Positions 8,764-18,500 are shown, numbered from the stretch's first letter. The stretch is DNA of 64,000 nt from Patescibacteria group bacterium (GCA_028712155.1 JAQTQO010000003.1:2309-66308), one strand, 5' to 3'. The notes: generated by a model not told the origin, from the letters alone. Numbers and translations are program-made.

Positions 8764-10041
8764 TCAACGGAACCTAAAGAGGAAGGGGAATATGAACGTG
8801 ATAAAGGCGGTCCACACCGCATATACCGGTAGATAACCGCTGATCCAGCGGTAGGTGGCGGTGAGTTCCGCATTCCGCCGCCAGTCCTTTAAAAAGCAGC
8901 GCAGCAGGCCGGCGGCGTTTCCGAAGATCAGCAGGTTGGCGCCGAGCACCGCGATGCGGTTGGGCGTAAAACCGTAACTGCCCAGGCGGAAGAGAATGGC
9001 ACTTAATCCTACGACATCCACCGCCAATCCCACCACCAGCAAGCCGAGCGTGACGAGGTCGTGGATGGTTCGGCGTTGCCGTTCGGTGAGCGCAAGAATA
9101 CTGATGGTGAGAACCGCCAGCATCATGACATTGAAGATGATCAAAAATTCACGGTCGGTATACGGGCTTTTCCCGTTCACGCCCATTATCACCAAGTACG
9201 CGACCAGTGTTACCAGTACGAGCGGGGAAAAAATTTTTGCGATGACGGGTAGGATTCTGGCGGCGGAGCGTGAGCGAACCCATGCGAGGTGGGCGCCGAC
9301 GATAGGCACCGCCGCGGCACCGTAGATCACCACCCAGTGTTCATACCAGGTAGCAATGTCAATTTGAATCGCAGAAAATAATCCGATCGTGAGTACGGTG
9401 AGCATGACCCCGGCGCTCATGAGGACTCCTGCATAGATGGCGTATTCCCCGTTGAATTTCAGGTACTCGACGCGTGCCGCGGCACCTGCGGACCAACGGC
9501 CAGTGAACGCCAAACCGGCGACGGTCCACAGCAAGAGCGGGAGGTGGAGGTATGTGAGCATGAGGGTATCCGACCTCGGTACGTCCGGCAGCAGGTTGAC
9601 ATAGACAGCTGAGACAACGAAAACGCCACCGGCAATCGCGAGGGTGCGGCGATCAACGGGGCGGGTCATGGCGAAGTAGACGGCCAGAGCGGGAAAAATA
9701 ATCAGACCGGCGTTGCGCAGGTAAAAATTTTCCGGTTGCGCGAGCTGGAGGAAATCAGGCAGTTTGGCGATCGTCCCGGCAAAAATCGCCAGCAGCAAAA
9801 CCAGCCATCCGAGGGCCCAACCGTACGGCCCGGACACGGCTGATGTTTGAAGACCAGCCGGACGATCATACGCGAGCCGGATTTCCCAGTACTTCACGAG
9901 CGGTGAACCGGGTTGCGTTTTCACCAGGGTTGCGTAGGCTGCGGTAAACTCCTTGGGGTTTTGGCGGAAAAGCGTTTCGAGTTTCGCCGCCTCTTCCCAC
10001 TTGTTCGCTTCCGGTGTTTCCTGCGGTTGGTTGGTTGGCAT
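8764..10041 (-). CDS. Multi-pass membrane protein (DUF4153-like)
   Basis: About 10 hydrophobic segments; IAKIFSPLVL, YGFTPNRIAVLGAN. Confidence 0.65.
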   Translation of the reverse strand: MPTNQPQETPEANKWEEAAKLETLFRQNPKEFTAAYATLVKTQPGSPLVKYWEIRLAYDRPAGLQTSAVSGPYGWALGWLVLLLAIFAGTIAKLPDFLQLAQPENFYLRNAGLIIFPALAVYFAMTRPVDRRTLAIAGGVFVVSAVYVNLLPDVPRSDTLMLTYLHLPLLLWTVAGLAFTGRWSAGAAARVEYLKFNGEYAIYAGVLMSAGVMLTVLTIGLFSAIQIDIATWYEHWVVIYGAAAVPIVGAHLAWVRSRSAARILPVIAKIFSPLVLVTLVAYLVIMGVNGKSPYTDREFLIIFNVMMLAVLTISILALTERQRRTIHDLVTLGLLVVGLAVDVVGLSAILFRLGSYGFTPNRIAVLGANLLIFGNAAGLLRCFLKDWRRNAELTATYRWISGYLPVYAVWTAFITFIFPFLFRFR

Positions 10042-10064
10042 ACGAGAACTTCGGGGGAAATAAA

Positions 10065-10796
10065 TTAGAGCGTGAGATTAGCCAGTTGCAGGTGCCGTAT
10101 GGTGTACTTGCGAAGCGCGGCGGCCTGGGCAGGGGTGATTACCTCGCACGGAACATTCCAATGCAGCGTGATGATATTGCCAGGTTCGAGCTGTTCGAGG
10201 TCGGGGGGCGCATCCAGCGCGCGGATAACCGTTTTTTTCTCCGGCGCAGAGAGCGACAGTTTCCCGTTCTCGTAGCGTAACGGTTCGGACATCAGGGTGA
10301 TGTTTGGCCCCGCGACATGCGCGACGGTGCCCCAGCTGATGCGGCAGTTGTCCATGCTCTCGATAGTGTGCTCGCGCTCAACGTGTCCGGTGCGCAGCCA
10401 CACGTCGAGCACATGGAACGAGTGATGGGGGAGCGCGCCGAGGCGGATTTTATCCCCCAGACGGTCGAATTCTTTCCCCTTCATCCGGTCTTTGAGCCGG
10501 ACGCCGTCGCGGAGATGTTCAAAAAAAGACTGCCGCGAAACGTTTTCGAGCAGATCGTTGCCGATCCAGTACGCTTCCACCACGCGTTCGTCGAACGGAT
10601 CCGGTATCCGGTTGGATTGGGCGATCCGCTGCAGGTAGGGGTAGAGAGTGGAAAATTGTTCCAGCATTCCGCGCAAGCCCGGATCACTCGCGTCTGCGCG
10701 CAAATACTGCAGCATCTCCCGATTGCGGTCCGGTCCGCAGTAGTGCAATCGGTTGGGGCCAAACGAGTAGCGGCTGCAGCGCAAAACGCCGTCCAT
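10065..10796 (-). CDS. DUF6390-like protein (hydrogenase-associated)
   Basis: RYSFGPNRLHYCGP, RVVEAYWIGN, PHHSFHV, MDNCRISWG, LHWNVPCE. Confidence 0.75.
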   Translation of the reverse strand: MDGVLRCSRYSFGPNRLHYCGPDRNREMLQYLRADASDPGLRGMLEQFSTLYPYLQRIAQSNRIPDPFDERVVEAYWIGNDLLENVSRQSFFEHLRDGVRLKDRMKGKEFDRLGDKIRLGALPHHSFHVLDVWLRTGHVEREHTIESMDNCRISWGTVAHVAGPNITLMSEPLRYENGKLSLSAPEKKTVIRALDAPPDLEQLEPGNIITLHWNVPCEVITPAQAAALRKYTIRHLQLANLTL

Positions 10797-10802
10797 ACCT
10801 TT

Positions 10803-11729
10803 TCAAACCGCGTGTGTCATTCGGTCCGATTGGATTTTAATTTGCGGGTGGCGGGCAAACCGGACTATCAGCAGCGCACCGACGGTAAACAGAAGCGCGC
10901 TTTGCACTTCGCGCACGCTGATGGCATGGGTGATGAAAATTGCCGACCAGACGTTGGTGACCAGCGTCGCCGGCACCAGGAGCGTCGCGACGTACGTGGC
11001 CGGCGCATATTTGAGCGCGGTGTACCAGGTCAGCACATAGCTGGCCAGAAGCCCGCCGGCCAAAAGCACCCAGCCCCATTGCACCGCGGTCAATTGCAGC
11101 ATCGCGGACGCCTCTCCTTGCCAGCATACGACGGTAAACAGGAGAACGGAGCCGATTACCATGCGGGCGGTCGCAACGGTGAGCGCGGACACGTCGCGGA
11201 GGGCAATCTTGGCGATGATATTTTCCACCGCCCACAACATCGTCGCGAGCATGATCATCAATTCGCCCGCGTTATAACGGAATCCGGAAAAACCGCCTAC
11301 CAGCAGGTTGGCCGCAAAAATTGCGGCAATGCCAAACCATTGGAATCGGGTCGTCTTTTCGCGCAGAAGCGGGATTGCCAGCAGCAGCACCCATAGCACG
11401 AGCGTCTTGTGGATGAGGGCGGCGTTGAGGGCCGAGGTCTGCGTCAGACCGGTGAAGTAGAGCGCGAACGGCAAGCCGCCGCCGACCACCCCCACCGTGA
11501 GCAGCACAACCATCTGGCGTATATTCAGGCGGATAATCTCCCGCCATTGTTTGGCGGCAAAAATGAGGCCGACCAGGAAAATCGCAACCGTAGCATTTTT
11601 GAGCGTCGTGAAGAGCACCGGGCCCTGGACAGCGGTGACGGCAAATTTATTGAAAAAGTTTGCCGTTCCGGAAATGATCGCTGTCCCCAGCGCCAGGATT
11701 GTGGCGTATCTCCAACGGTTCTGTACCAT
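10803..11729 (-). CDS. DMT/EamA family transporter
   Basis: Ten TM segments in two EamA repeats; LLREK motif. Confidence 0.85.
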   Translation of the reverse strand: MVQNRWRYATILALGTAIISGTANFFNKFAVTAVQGPVLFTTLKNATVAIFLVGLIFAAKQWREIIRLNIRQMVVLLTVGVVGGGLPFALYFTGLTQTSALNAALIHKTLVLWVLLLAIPLLREKTTRFQWFGIAAIFAANLLVGGFSGFRYNAGELMIMLATMLWAVENIIAKIALRDVSALTVATARMVIGSVLLFTVVCWQGEASAMLQLTAVQWGWVLLAGGLLASYVLTWYTALKYAPATYVATLLVPATLVTNVWSAIFITHAISVREVQSALLFTVGALLIVRFARHPQIKIQSDRMTHAV

Positions 11730-11902
11730 AGCGGTTGCTTGAAAAAAATTCGCGTCCGGGTGGAATGCTTGCATTATAAGGTCAGTTTGGCCAATACACA
11801 AGTCGGACGGGATTGCCGCTGGGAGTCACCCATCTTCAAGAGTGTCGTGAGGTAATCCGCTCGCCGGATTATTTCGTGGTAGACCGGGATACAATTTTAC
11901 CG

Positions 11903-11931
11903 TTGACAAACCGCGTGGTTTCAAGTACATT
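11903..11931 (+). promoter_or_regulatory. sigma70 promoter
   Basis: TTGACA-N17-TACATT. Confidence 0.7.
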
Positions 11932-12008
11932 ACGTTATTGTTTTCGCGGTTTACGGTGAAATCCATTCGAGGCGGTTGTTCCTTGTTTGGCCAGAAAGGA
12001 TGGTACTG

Positions 12009-12290
12009 ATGGTCGGTGAGTTGGGATCCGGTGGCGTTGAACCCCGTTGCCCGTATCACGAATGGGGGAAACCCGGCGGGAGTATGTTCGACAACCCGTT
12101 GTGGTTTATCGAACGGCTCATGGGGTTCGCCGTTGTCGCTTTGTGCGTCATCTGTGTCGTGTGCGCGCTCATTCCGCCCGTTACGTTTCTCTTGGTGTGG
12201 CTGCTCATCGGCTTCAAGAGCGCGGCAATTGCCGGTGCGCTGGCGGCGATCACGGTGATCGTTGCCTTTAAACGGTTTATCCGTTCATAA
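12009..12290 (+). CDS. Small membrane protein, paralog of 13202..13447
   Basis: SD AGAAAGGA at 11993-12000; own promoter and terminator; hydrophobic C-terminal half; alternative start 12084. Confidence 0.65.
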   Translation: MVGELGSGGVEPRCPYHEWGKPGGSMFDNPLWFIERLMGFAVVALCVICVVCALIPPVTFLLVWLLIGFKSAAIAGALAAITVIVAFKRFIRS

Positions 12291-12312
12291 CGGTGTTCCT
12301 TGCGAAGCGTCG

Positions 12313-12341
12313 AATGCCTGGCAGTTGCCGGGCATTTTTTT
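12313..12341 (+). terminator. Intrinsic terminator
   Basis: AATGCCTGGC-AGTT-GCCGGGCATT + T run. Confidence 0.75.
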
Positions 12342-12359
12342 GCGTTATTTCGCCTCCTC

Positions 12360-12415
12360 TTGACAACGCCAGTGATTTGCGGTAGACTGCCGGTGTGGCA
12401 TAGATAATCATCTAT
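12360..12415 (+). promoter_or_regulatory. sigma70 promoter with downstream palindromic operator (candidate ArsR site)
   Basis: TTGACA-N17-TAGACT (12360-12388); ATAGAT-AATC-ATCTAT at 12400-12415. Confidence 0.65.
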
Positions 12416-12434
12416 ATATAATAACAAATCATTT

Positions 12435-12692
12435 ATGAAGCAGAAATGCCTGGGGTGCCTGCAAGCGGTGGCGGTCGAGACGCGTTTTAATATTTTCCAG
12501 TACTTGCGGAAATTACGGGGCAAGGCAACGGTGTCAAAACTGGTGGAGCTGACCGGGCTGCGCCAGCCGACGGTAACGTTTCATGTGAATGCGCTGGCGG
12601 AGGCCGGATTGGTCAAGAAAACGCGCGTCGGGAAGAATGTGTTCTGTCGGCTGCAGGAGCAATGTGCGGATTGTCCGCTGTTTGTTTCCTGA
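12435..12692 (+). CDS. ArsR/SmtB family transcriptional regulator
   Basis: ETRFNIF, TVSKLVELTGLRQPTVTFHVNALAEAGLV wHTH; CLGC and CADC Cys pairs. Confidence 0.85.
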   Translation: MKQKCLGCLQAVAVETRFNIFQYLRKLRGKATVSKLVELTGLRQPTVTFHVNALAEAGLVKKTRVGKNVFCRLQEQCADCPLFVS

Positions 12693-12736
12693 AGGGTTTT
12701 GAGGCATCTCGGAGCGCGAGTGAGGGGGTGAGAACT

Positions 12737-12901
12737 ATGGACAAAACGATGAACAAAATAGAGTGCGATCCGTCTTGCGGATTTATGGTGCAGAGCCACG
12801 ATGAAAAGGAAGTAACGGGGATGGCGATGTCGCATGCGAAGAACATGCACAAGATGGACGTATCGGAGCACGATATGCGCAAGCGCATGATGTCGGTATG
12901 A
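12737..12901 (+). CDS. Small metal-binding protein, DUF1059-like
   Basis: CDPSCGF..HDEKEV..HAKNMH pattern. Confidence 0.7.
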   Translation: MDKTMNKIECDPSCGFMVQSHDEKEVTGMAMSHAKNMHKMDVSEHDMRKRMMSV

Positions 12902-13129
12902 TCGGAAGTTTTTCACACGCACCACTGGCGCCAGCGAGTGCATCGTTCTTTCAAGTGCGTTCCATGGAGACTCGGTTGCCGATCCCAATGGGCGCATGTA
13001 AGCAACAATCCACGGATACACAGCCCCGCGATCGAGATACGGCCGTTTGATGCCAGTCGCGGGGTGGCGGCCGTGGAATCTGTAACGCCCAAACGTTGTT
13101 TTTTATTTTGTCTCAAGTATCTCATCAAA

Positions 13130-13158
13130 TTGACAAACCAGTCCGTTTGTCTTACATT
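13130..13158 (+). promoter_or_regulatory. sigma70 promoter
   Basis: TTGACA-N17-TACATT. Confidence 0.7.
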
Positions 13159-13201
13159 GACGGGCTTCGCACCTTCGAACTTTTCGGGAAAGGATGTGGT
13201 T

Positions 13202-13447
13202 ATGGTCCATAGCGAAGGAGACGGTTGCGCGCGCCAATGCAGCGAGCCTGACTGCGACAGTCTGGCCGACAACCCCTCGGGGTTTTTGGCGTTCTTGTAT
13301 CTCCTCATCCTCGTCATCCCGGCGGTCATTATCGTCGCACTCGTCACCGGCGGTGTCTGGCTGTTCTGGGGGTCCACCCCCGCCCTGATCGCCGGCGGCG
13401 TCACGCTCGTCGTTGCCGCCGGAGTCGTGTGGTGGTTTGCGCACTGA
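13202..13447 (+). CDS. Small membrane protein, paralog of 12009..12290
   Basis: SD GGAAAGGA; Cys-containing N-terminus then two hydrophobic helices. Confidence 0.65.
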   Translation: MVHSEGDGCARQCSEPDCDSLADNPSGFLAFLYLLILVIPAVIIVALVTGGVWLFWGSTPALIAGGVTLVVAAGVVWWFAH

Positions 13448-13469
13448 TCGGTCGCGCTCATTGCAGAAT

Positions 13470-13502
13470 AATTGCCTGACGTATCCGCCGGGCAATTTTT
13501 TT
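13470..13502 (+). terminator. Intrinsic terminator
   Basis: AATTGCCTG...CGGGCAATT + T run. Confidence 0.7.
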
Positions 13503-13576
13503 GTGGTTGTTTTTTGGTTTCCGCGTTGGCGCCGTGGTATTGGTGCTATAATGAAAATGAAATATTTTATTGACAT

Positions 13577-14152
13577 ATGGAACCACGCGGTATCCTGATC
13601 CACGTCTGTTGCGGCGTGTGCGGTGCGTATGTGGCGGAGAAATTGCAATCCCAGTATGACCGGCTGGTTTTGTTTTTCTTTAACCCCAACATTTATCCGC
13701 CGGAAGAATACCTTCGGCGGTTAGCCGTCGCCCGGCAACTGGCCGGGATATACCAGCTGCCGTTGATGGAAGGCGAGTATCGGCCAAAGGAGTGGGAGAC
13801 GGCGGTGCGCGGACATGAAGCGGAACGGGAAGGCGGTGCACGGTGCGCGATTTGTTTTCGGCTGCGGCTTGAACAGGCGGCCGCCGCCGCCAAAACGCAC
13901 GGCTGTGAAATCTTTACGACCACCCTGACCATGGGCCGGCAGAAGCGTGCGGAGGTGGTCAACCGGATCGGCCGGGACGTTGCCCGGCTGCAGGGGGTGA
14001 AATTTCTGGAGGAGAATTTTAAAAAACAAGACGGGATCGAAAAAACGTTGGCGATCGCCCAGCGACACAATTTTTACCGGCAGCGTTACTGCGGCTGCCG
14101 GTATTCGCTGGCGGCGGCAAATTCGGTTGCATCGCGTCAACGGCCGCAGTAA
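13577..14152 (+). CDS. queH: Epoxyqueuosine reductase QueH
   Basis: LIHVCCGVC, FFNPNIYPPEEY, RCAICF, YRQRYCGC. Confidence 0.9.
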   Translation: MEPRGILIHVCCGVCGAYVAEKLQSQYDRLVLFFFNPNIYPPEEYLRRLAVARQLAGIYQLPLMEGEYRPKEWETAVRGHEAEREGGARCAICFRLRLEQAAAAAKTHGCEIFTTTLTMGRQKRAEVVNRIGRDVARLQGVKFLEENFKKQDGIEKTLAIAQRHNFYRQRYCGCRYSLAAANSVASRQRPQ

Positions 14153-14212
14153 ACTGAATTTGTCCCGCGTAATTTTTCGGGTAGCGGATCATTTTGGATT
14201 GGCACTGCCGTT

Positions 14213-15748
14213 ATGCGGAGAAAACATATCTTGACGTTTGGATTGATCATCCTTGCAGTTTTCGGAATATCGGTAACCGGAAAAATCATGCTGCGTAAAC
14301 GCGCCGTACCGTCCGATATAAATGCGTCGTCGCCGGAAACGGCGGGGCGGGTCCGCTTGGCGGCGGTCGCGGGAAGTTTCTACCCCGGCGAACCAAAGGA
14401 TCTGTCCGCCACGGTGGACCGGTATCTGGCAAACGCCACACTGCCGCAAGCCAGGGGGCAGATTTTAGCGCTCGTCGTTCCTCATGCCGGCTACCAGTAT
14501 TCCGGCCAAGTGGCGGCCTATGGCTATAAACTGCTCGTCGGTCAGCACATCGATACGGTGGTGCTCGTCGGGAGCAGCCACACCGCCAGGTTTCCGGGCG
14601 CGTCCATTTACGCCGAGGGCAGCTGGCGCACGCCGCTGGGCGATGTGGCGGTCGATCGCGACGTTGCTTTGGCGATCATTTCCGCCGCACCGCGGGTGCG
14701 GTTCATTGAATCCGTGCACGTCGAGGAGCATTCGCTCGAAGTGCAACTGCCGTTTTTGCAGAAAACGTTGAAGAATTTCAACATTGTTCCGATCATGCTG
14801 GGCAACGATGGTGAAACCGATTACCAGATGTTGGCGCAGGCGATCATCACGGCGGTCAAGGGCAAAAACGTGCTTGTGGTGGCGAGTTCCGACCTGTCTC
14901 ATTACCCCGGTTACCGCGACGCCAAAACCGTTGACGCAAAAACAATTCAGGGAATTCTGGGCGGCGATTGTCAGAAATTGGAAAAAGTTATCGCGGATTT
15001 GGAGACGCAAGAAATTCCCGCGGCTGCCACGTTTGCCTGCGGCGAGGATGCCATCAAGACCGTGATGTTGGTGGCCCAAGCCGCCGGTGCGGATGAAATC
15101 AAGTTGCTGAACGCCGCCAACTCCGGCGACGTGTCCGGCGACCGCAGCCGCGTGGTCGGTTACGCCGCGATCGGTTTTTTCGGCCCGCGCCGCGGCAATG
15201 CATTGAGCACGGCGGAGCAGCAGCGGCTGCTTGGAATCGCCAAGACTTCAGTGGAAACGTACGTGCGTACCGGCAAGACGACAAAGTTGAACGTGACTGA
15301 GCCGGCGCTGCAAGCGCACGTCGGCGCGTTCGTCACGCTGAAGGAGAACGGCCGGTTGCGCGGATGCATCGGACGTTTTTCTCCCACTGACGCCCCGCTC
15401 TGGCAGGTAGTGTCGCAGATGGCGATGGCGGCGGCCACGGAGGACCAGCGGTTTCTGCCGGTGGAACCGGCCGAACTCGGAGCCCTCCGTTACGAGATTT
15501 CCGTGTTGGGCGACAACGAAAAGATCAGTGATGCCAGCCGGATTCAGCTCGGCAAGCACGGCGTCATGGTGCGCGCCGGTGCACGCTCCGGCGTTTTTTT
15601 GCCGCAGGTCGCCACCGATACGCAGTGGGATTTGGATCGCTTCCTGGGCGAACTCTGCGCGCAGAAAGCCGGGCTCGCTTATGATTGCTGGAAGGACTCG
15701 CGCACGGAACTGTTCGTGTTTACCGCCCAGGTGTTCGGTGATGAGTAA
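14213..15748 (+). CDS. AmmeMemoRadiSam protein B (MEMO1)-protein A (AMMECR1) fusion with N-terminal membrane anchor
   Basis: AVAGSFYP, VPHAGYQYSG, EHSLEVQLPF, SSDLSHY (MEMO1); GAFVTL..LRGCIG, GVFLPQV, KAG (AMMECR1). Confidence 0.9.
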   Translation: MRRKHILTFGLIILAVFGISVTGKIMLRKRAVPSDINASSPETAGRVRLAAVAGSFYPGEPKDLSATVDRYLANATLPQARGQILALVVPHAGYQYSGQVAAYGYKLLVGQHIDTVVLVGSSHTARFPGASIYAEGSWRTPLGDVAVDRDVALAIISAAPRVRFIESVHVEEHSLEVQLPFLQKTLKNFNIVPIMLGNDGETDYQMLAQAIITAVKGKNVLVVASSDLSHYPGYRDAKTVDAKTIQGILGGDCQKLEKVIADLETQEIPAAATFACGEDAIKTVMLVAQAAGADEIKLLNAANSGDVSGDRSRVVGYAAIGFFGPRRGNALSTAEQQRLLGIAKTSVETYVRTGKTTKLNVTEPALQAHVGAFVTLKENGRLRGCIGRFSPTDAPLWQVVSQMAMAAATEDQRFLPVEPAELGALRYEISVLGDNEKISDASRIQLGKHGVMVRAGARSGVFLPQVATDTQWDLDRFLGELCAQKAGLAYDCWKDSRTELFVFTAQVFGDE

Positions 15749-15811
15749 CCAAAACTTTTCCACGTACCGCGGCTTTTCCTGCCGAGTTTTTTTTGGTATG
15801 TTTAGCCTTAT

Positions 15812-18385
15812 ATGCCAGATCTCGATGCGCGCATCCTTGCCCGGGGTTTATCCGATGAGCAAGCGGTAAAACGGTTAACTGAAGAAGGGTACAATGAACT
15901 GCCGACTGCAAAGCGGCAGTCAATTTTGCGTTTAATTCTAGAAATCGCCCGCCAGTCGATGTTTTTGCTCCTCATCGCCTGCGGTTCGCTCTATCTGGTG
16001 CTCGGAGACATCACGGAGGCACTGCTGCTGCTGAGCTTCGTTTTCGTGGTCATCGGCATCACCTTTGTTCAAAAACGAAAAACCGAGCGGGCACTGGACG
16101 CCTTGCGGGAACTGTCGAGTCCGCGGGCGCTGGTCGTACGGAACGGCCGGCGGCAGCGGATCGCCGGCCGCGAGGTCGTGCGCGACGATATCGTGCTGTT
16201 GTCCGAAGGCGATCGCGTACCGGCTGATGCGGTGCTGCTGCGATCCACCAACGTCAGCGTGGATGAATCACTCCTGACCGGCGAATCCGTACCGGTGCGA
16301 AAGGTGGTCTGGGACGGCAAGCTGACCATCGGCCGTCCCGGCGGTGACGACCTTCCGTTCATCTACTCCGGCACCATGGTGGTGCGCGGGCAAGCCATCG
16401 CGCAGGTGCGCGCGACCGGGCCGCGGACGGAAATCGGAAAAATCGGGAAAGCGTTGCAAATCCTTGAGCCCGAGGGTTCCGATCTCCAGCGCCAGACGGA
16501 TCGGATCGTCAAAATATTCGCGTTCGTCGGACTGTGCCTGTGTTTTTTTGTCGTGGTGGGTTTCGGTTTGACGCGGGGCGATTGGTTGCACGGGTTGCTG
16601 GCGGGATTGACGCTCGCCATGGCGACGCTCCCGGAAGAATTTCCGGTAGTCATGACCATTTTTTTGGCGCTGGGTGCGTGGCGGATCGCCAAGCGGAAAG
16701 TGTTGACCCGCCGCATGCCGGCCGTGGAAACGCTGGGTGCAACGACGGTGCTCTGCGTGGACAAAACCGGCACCATCACCCTCAATCGCATGTCGGTGGC
16801 GAAGGTGTGCGTGGAGGGGCACGTGCATGACGTGGGCACCGACCAGGGGAGCCTGGCGGAAAACCTCCATCAGATCGTCGAGTACAGCATTCTTGCCAGC
16901 CCGAGCGATCCGTTTGATCCGATGGAACGGGCGATGCAGGAGCTCGGCGCGCGTACCCTGGCGCACACCGAGCACCTGCACAGCGACTGGAAGCTCCTCC
17001 GCGAGTATCCGCTTACCGATAAGTTGTTCGCGATGTCGCGCGTGTGGCAGTCGCCGGACGGCGAGGACTACGTTATCGCGGCCAAGGGTGCGCCGGAAAC
17101 GATTGCCGACCTCTGTCATTTCGATGCGGCGCGTTTGGCCGACCTGGAGCGGCAGATCGAGCAGATGGTCGTCCATGGCTTGCGTGTGATCGGTGTGGCG
17201 AGCGCGCACTTCCGCCATTCCGCGCTCCCGCCGACGCAGCACGATTTTCCATTTACATTTCTCGGTTTGCTGGGGTTGGCCGATCCGGTGCGTCCCGGCG
17301 TACCGGAAGCCGTTGCCGAATGCGCGTCGGCGGGAATCCGCGTCATTATGATCACCGGCGATTATCCGGGGACGGCAAAAAATATCGCGCAGCAGATTGG
17401 ACTGAAACCGGTTCACCACATTATTACCGGATCGGCGCTTGACGCTATGGATGACGTCGAGCTGCAGCGGCGCATCCATACCGCGTGCATCTTCGCCCGC
17501 GTCGTGCCGGAGCAGAAGCTGCGCATCGTGAACGCGCTCAAGGCGAACGGCGAGGTGGTGGCGATGACCGGTGACGGCGTCAACGACGCTCCGGCGCTCA
17601 AGGCGGCGCACATCGGTATCGCGATGGGCGGCCGCGGCACGGACGTCGCGCGGGAGTCGGCGTCAATGGTGTTGCTCGACGACAACTTCGCTTCGATTGT
17701 CGCAGCCATACGCATGGGCCGCCGAGTGTATGATAATCTCAAGAAGGCCATCGTCTACATTTTTTCCGTGCATATTCCCATCGCCGGCATGTCGTTACTG
17801 CCGGTTTTGTTCAAATGGCCGCTGGCGCTGCTCCCGGTGCACATCGTGTTTTTGGAGCTCATCATTGATCCGGCCTGTTCGATTGTTTTTGAGGCCGAAC
17901 GGAGCGAGAAGGACGTGATGCGGCGCAAGCCGCGGCATCTCAAGGAACCGCTGTTCGGGCGCGCCATGGTTTTCCTCGGGCTCGCCCAGGGCCTGGGGAT
18001 TTTGACGATGGTCGCCGGCGAGTATGCGCTGGCGCTCGCCCTGGGCTTACCGGCGGGGGAGGCGCGGGCGTTCGCGTTCGTCAATTTGCTCATCGGCAAT
18101 CTCGGCTTGATCGTGGTGAACCGTTCGTGGACGCGATCGACCTGGGCAACGCTGAAGACGCCCAATCCCGCGCTCTGGTGGGTGGCCGGTGGGGGGGTGG
18201 GGTTTCTCGCTGCGGCACTCACCATTCCGTGGCTGCGGGCCATATTCGGTTTTGCGACGTTGCATCCCATGGATTATGCGCTCAATATGATGACCGCCCT
18301 CATGATCATCCTGATATTGGAAGGCTTTAAATTTCCCGCGGTGCAACGCTGGTTCGCTGCGGCGCACAAGCGCAAAAAACCTTAG
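15812..18385 (+). CDS. Cation-translocating P-type ATPase (P2-like)
   Basis: LTGES, PEEFP, DKTGT, KGAPE, TGD, GDGVNDAPAL. Confidence 0.95.
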   Translation: MPDLDARILARGLSDEQAVKRLTEEGYNELPTAKRQSILRLILEIARQSMFLLLIACGSLYLVLGDITEALLLLSFVFVVIGITFVQKRKTERALDALRELSSPRALVVRNGRRQRIAGREVVRDDIVLLSEGDRVPADAVLLRSTNVSVDESLLTGESVPVRKVVWDGKLTIGRPGGDDLPFIYSGTMVVRGQAIAQVRATGPRTEIGKIGKALQILEPEGSDLQRQTDRIVKIFAFVGLCLCFFVVVGFGLTRGDWLHGLLAGLTLAMATLPEEFPVVMTIFLALGAWRIAKRKVLTRRMPAVETLGATTVLCVDKTGTITLNRMSVAKVCVEGHVHDVGTDQGSLAENLHQIVEYSILASPSDPFDPMERAMQELGARTLAHTEHLHSDWKLLREYPLTDKLFAMSRVWQSPDGEDYVIAAKGAPETIADLCHFDAARLADLERQIEQMVVHGLRVIGVASAHFRHSALPPTQHDFPFTFLGLLGLADPVRPGVPEAVAECASAGIRVIMITGDYPGTAKNIAQQIGLKPVHHIITGSALDAMDDVELQRRIHTACIFARVVPEQKLRIVNALKANGEVVAMTGDGVNDAPALKAAHIGIAMGGRGTDVARESASMVLLDDNFASIVAAIRMGRRVYDNLKKAIVYIFSVHIPIAGMSLLPVLFKWPLALLPVHIVFLELIIDPACSIVFEAERSEKDVMRRKPRHLKEPLFGRAMVFLGLAQGLGILTMVAGEYALALALGLPAGEARAFAFVNLLIGNLGLIVVNRSWTRSTWATLKTPNPALWWVAGGGVGFLAAALTIPWLRAIFGFATLHPMDYALNMMTALMIILILEGFKFPAVQRWFAAAHKRKKP

Positions 18386-18446
18386 CGCGATATAATTTTG
18401 GCGCTTGCGCTCCGCAATCAGCGGCAAGTTTTTCGGTGAAAAAAAT

Positions 18447-18474
18447 AAAAAAAAACGGGGTGCATGCACCCCGT
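18447..18474 (-). terminator. Intrinsic terminator for the 18501..19226 gene
   Basis: ACGGGGTGCATGCACCCCGT palindrome next to A run on + strand. Confidence 0.7.
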
Positions 18475-18500
18475 GGCAAAAGAACTGGGACTGCCGAAGG

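Noticed and set aside
11805-11900. Riboswitch upstream of the EamA transporter
   Set aside because: No known aptamer core, and a TTGTGT-N17-TATAAT promoter lies between it and the gene
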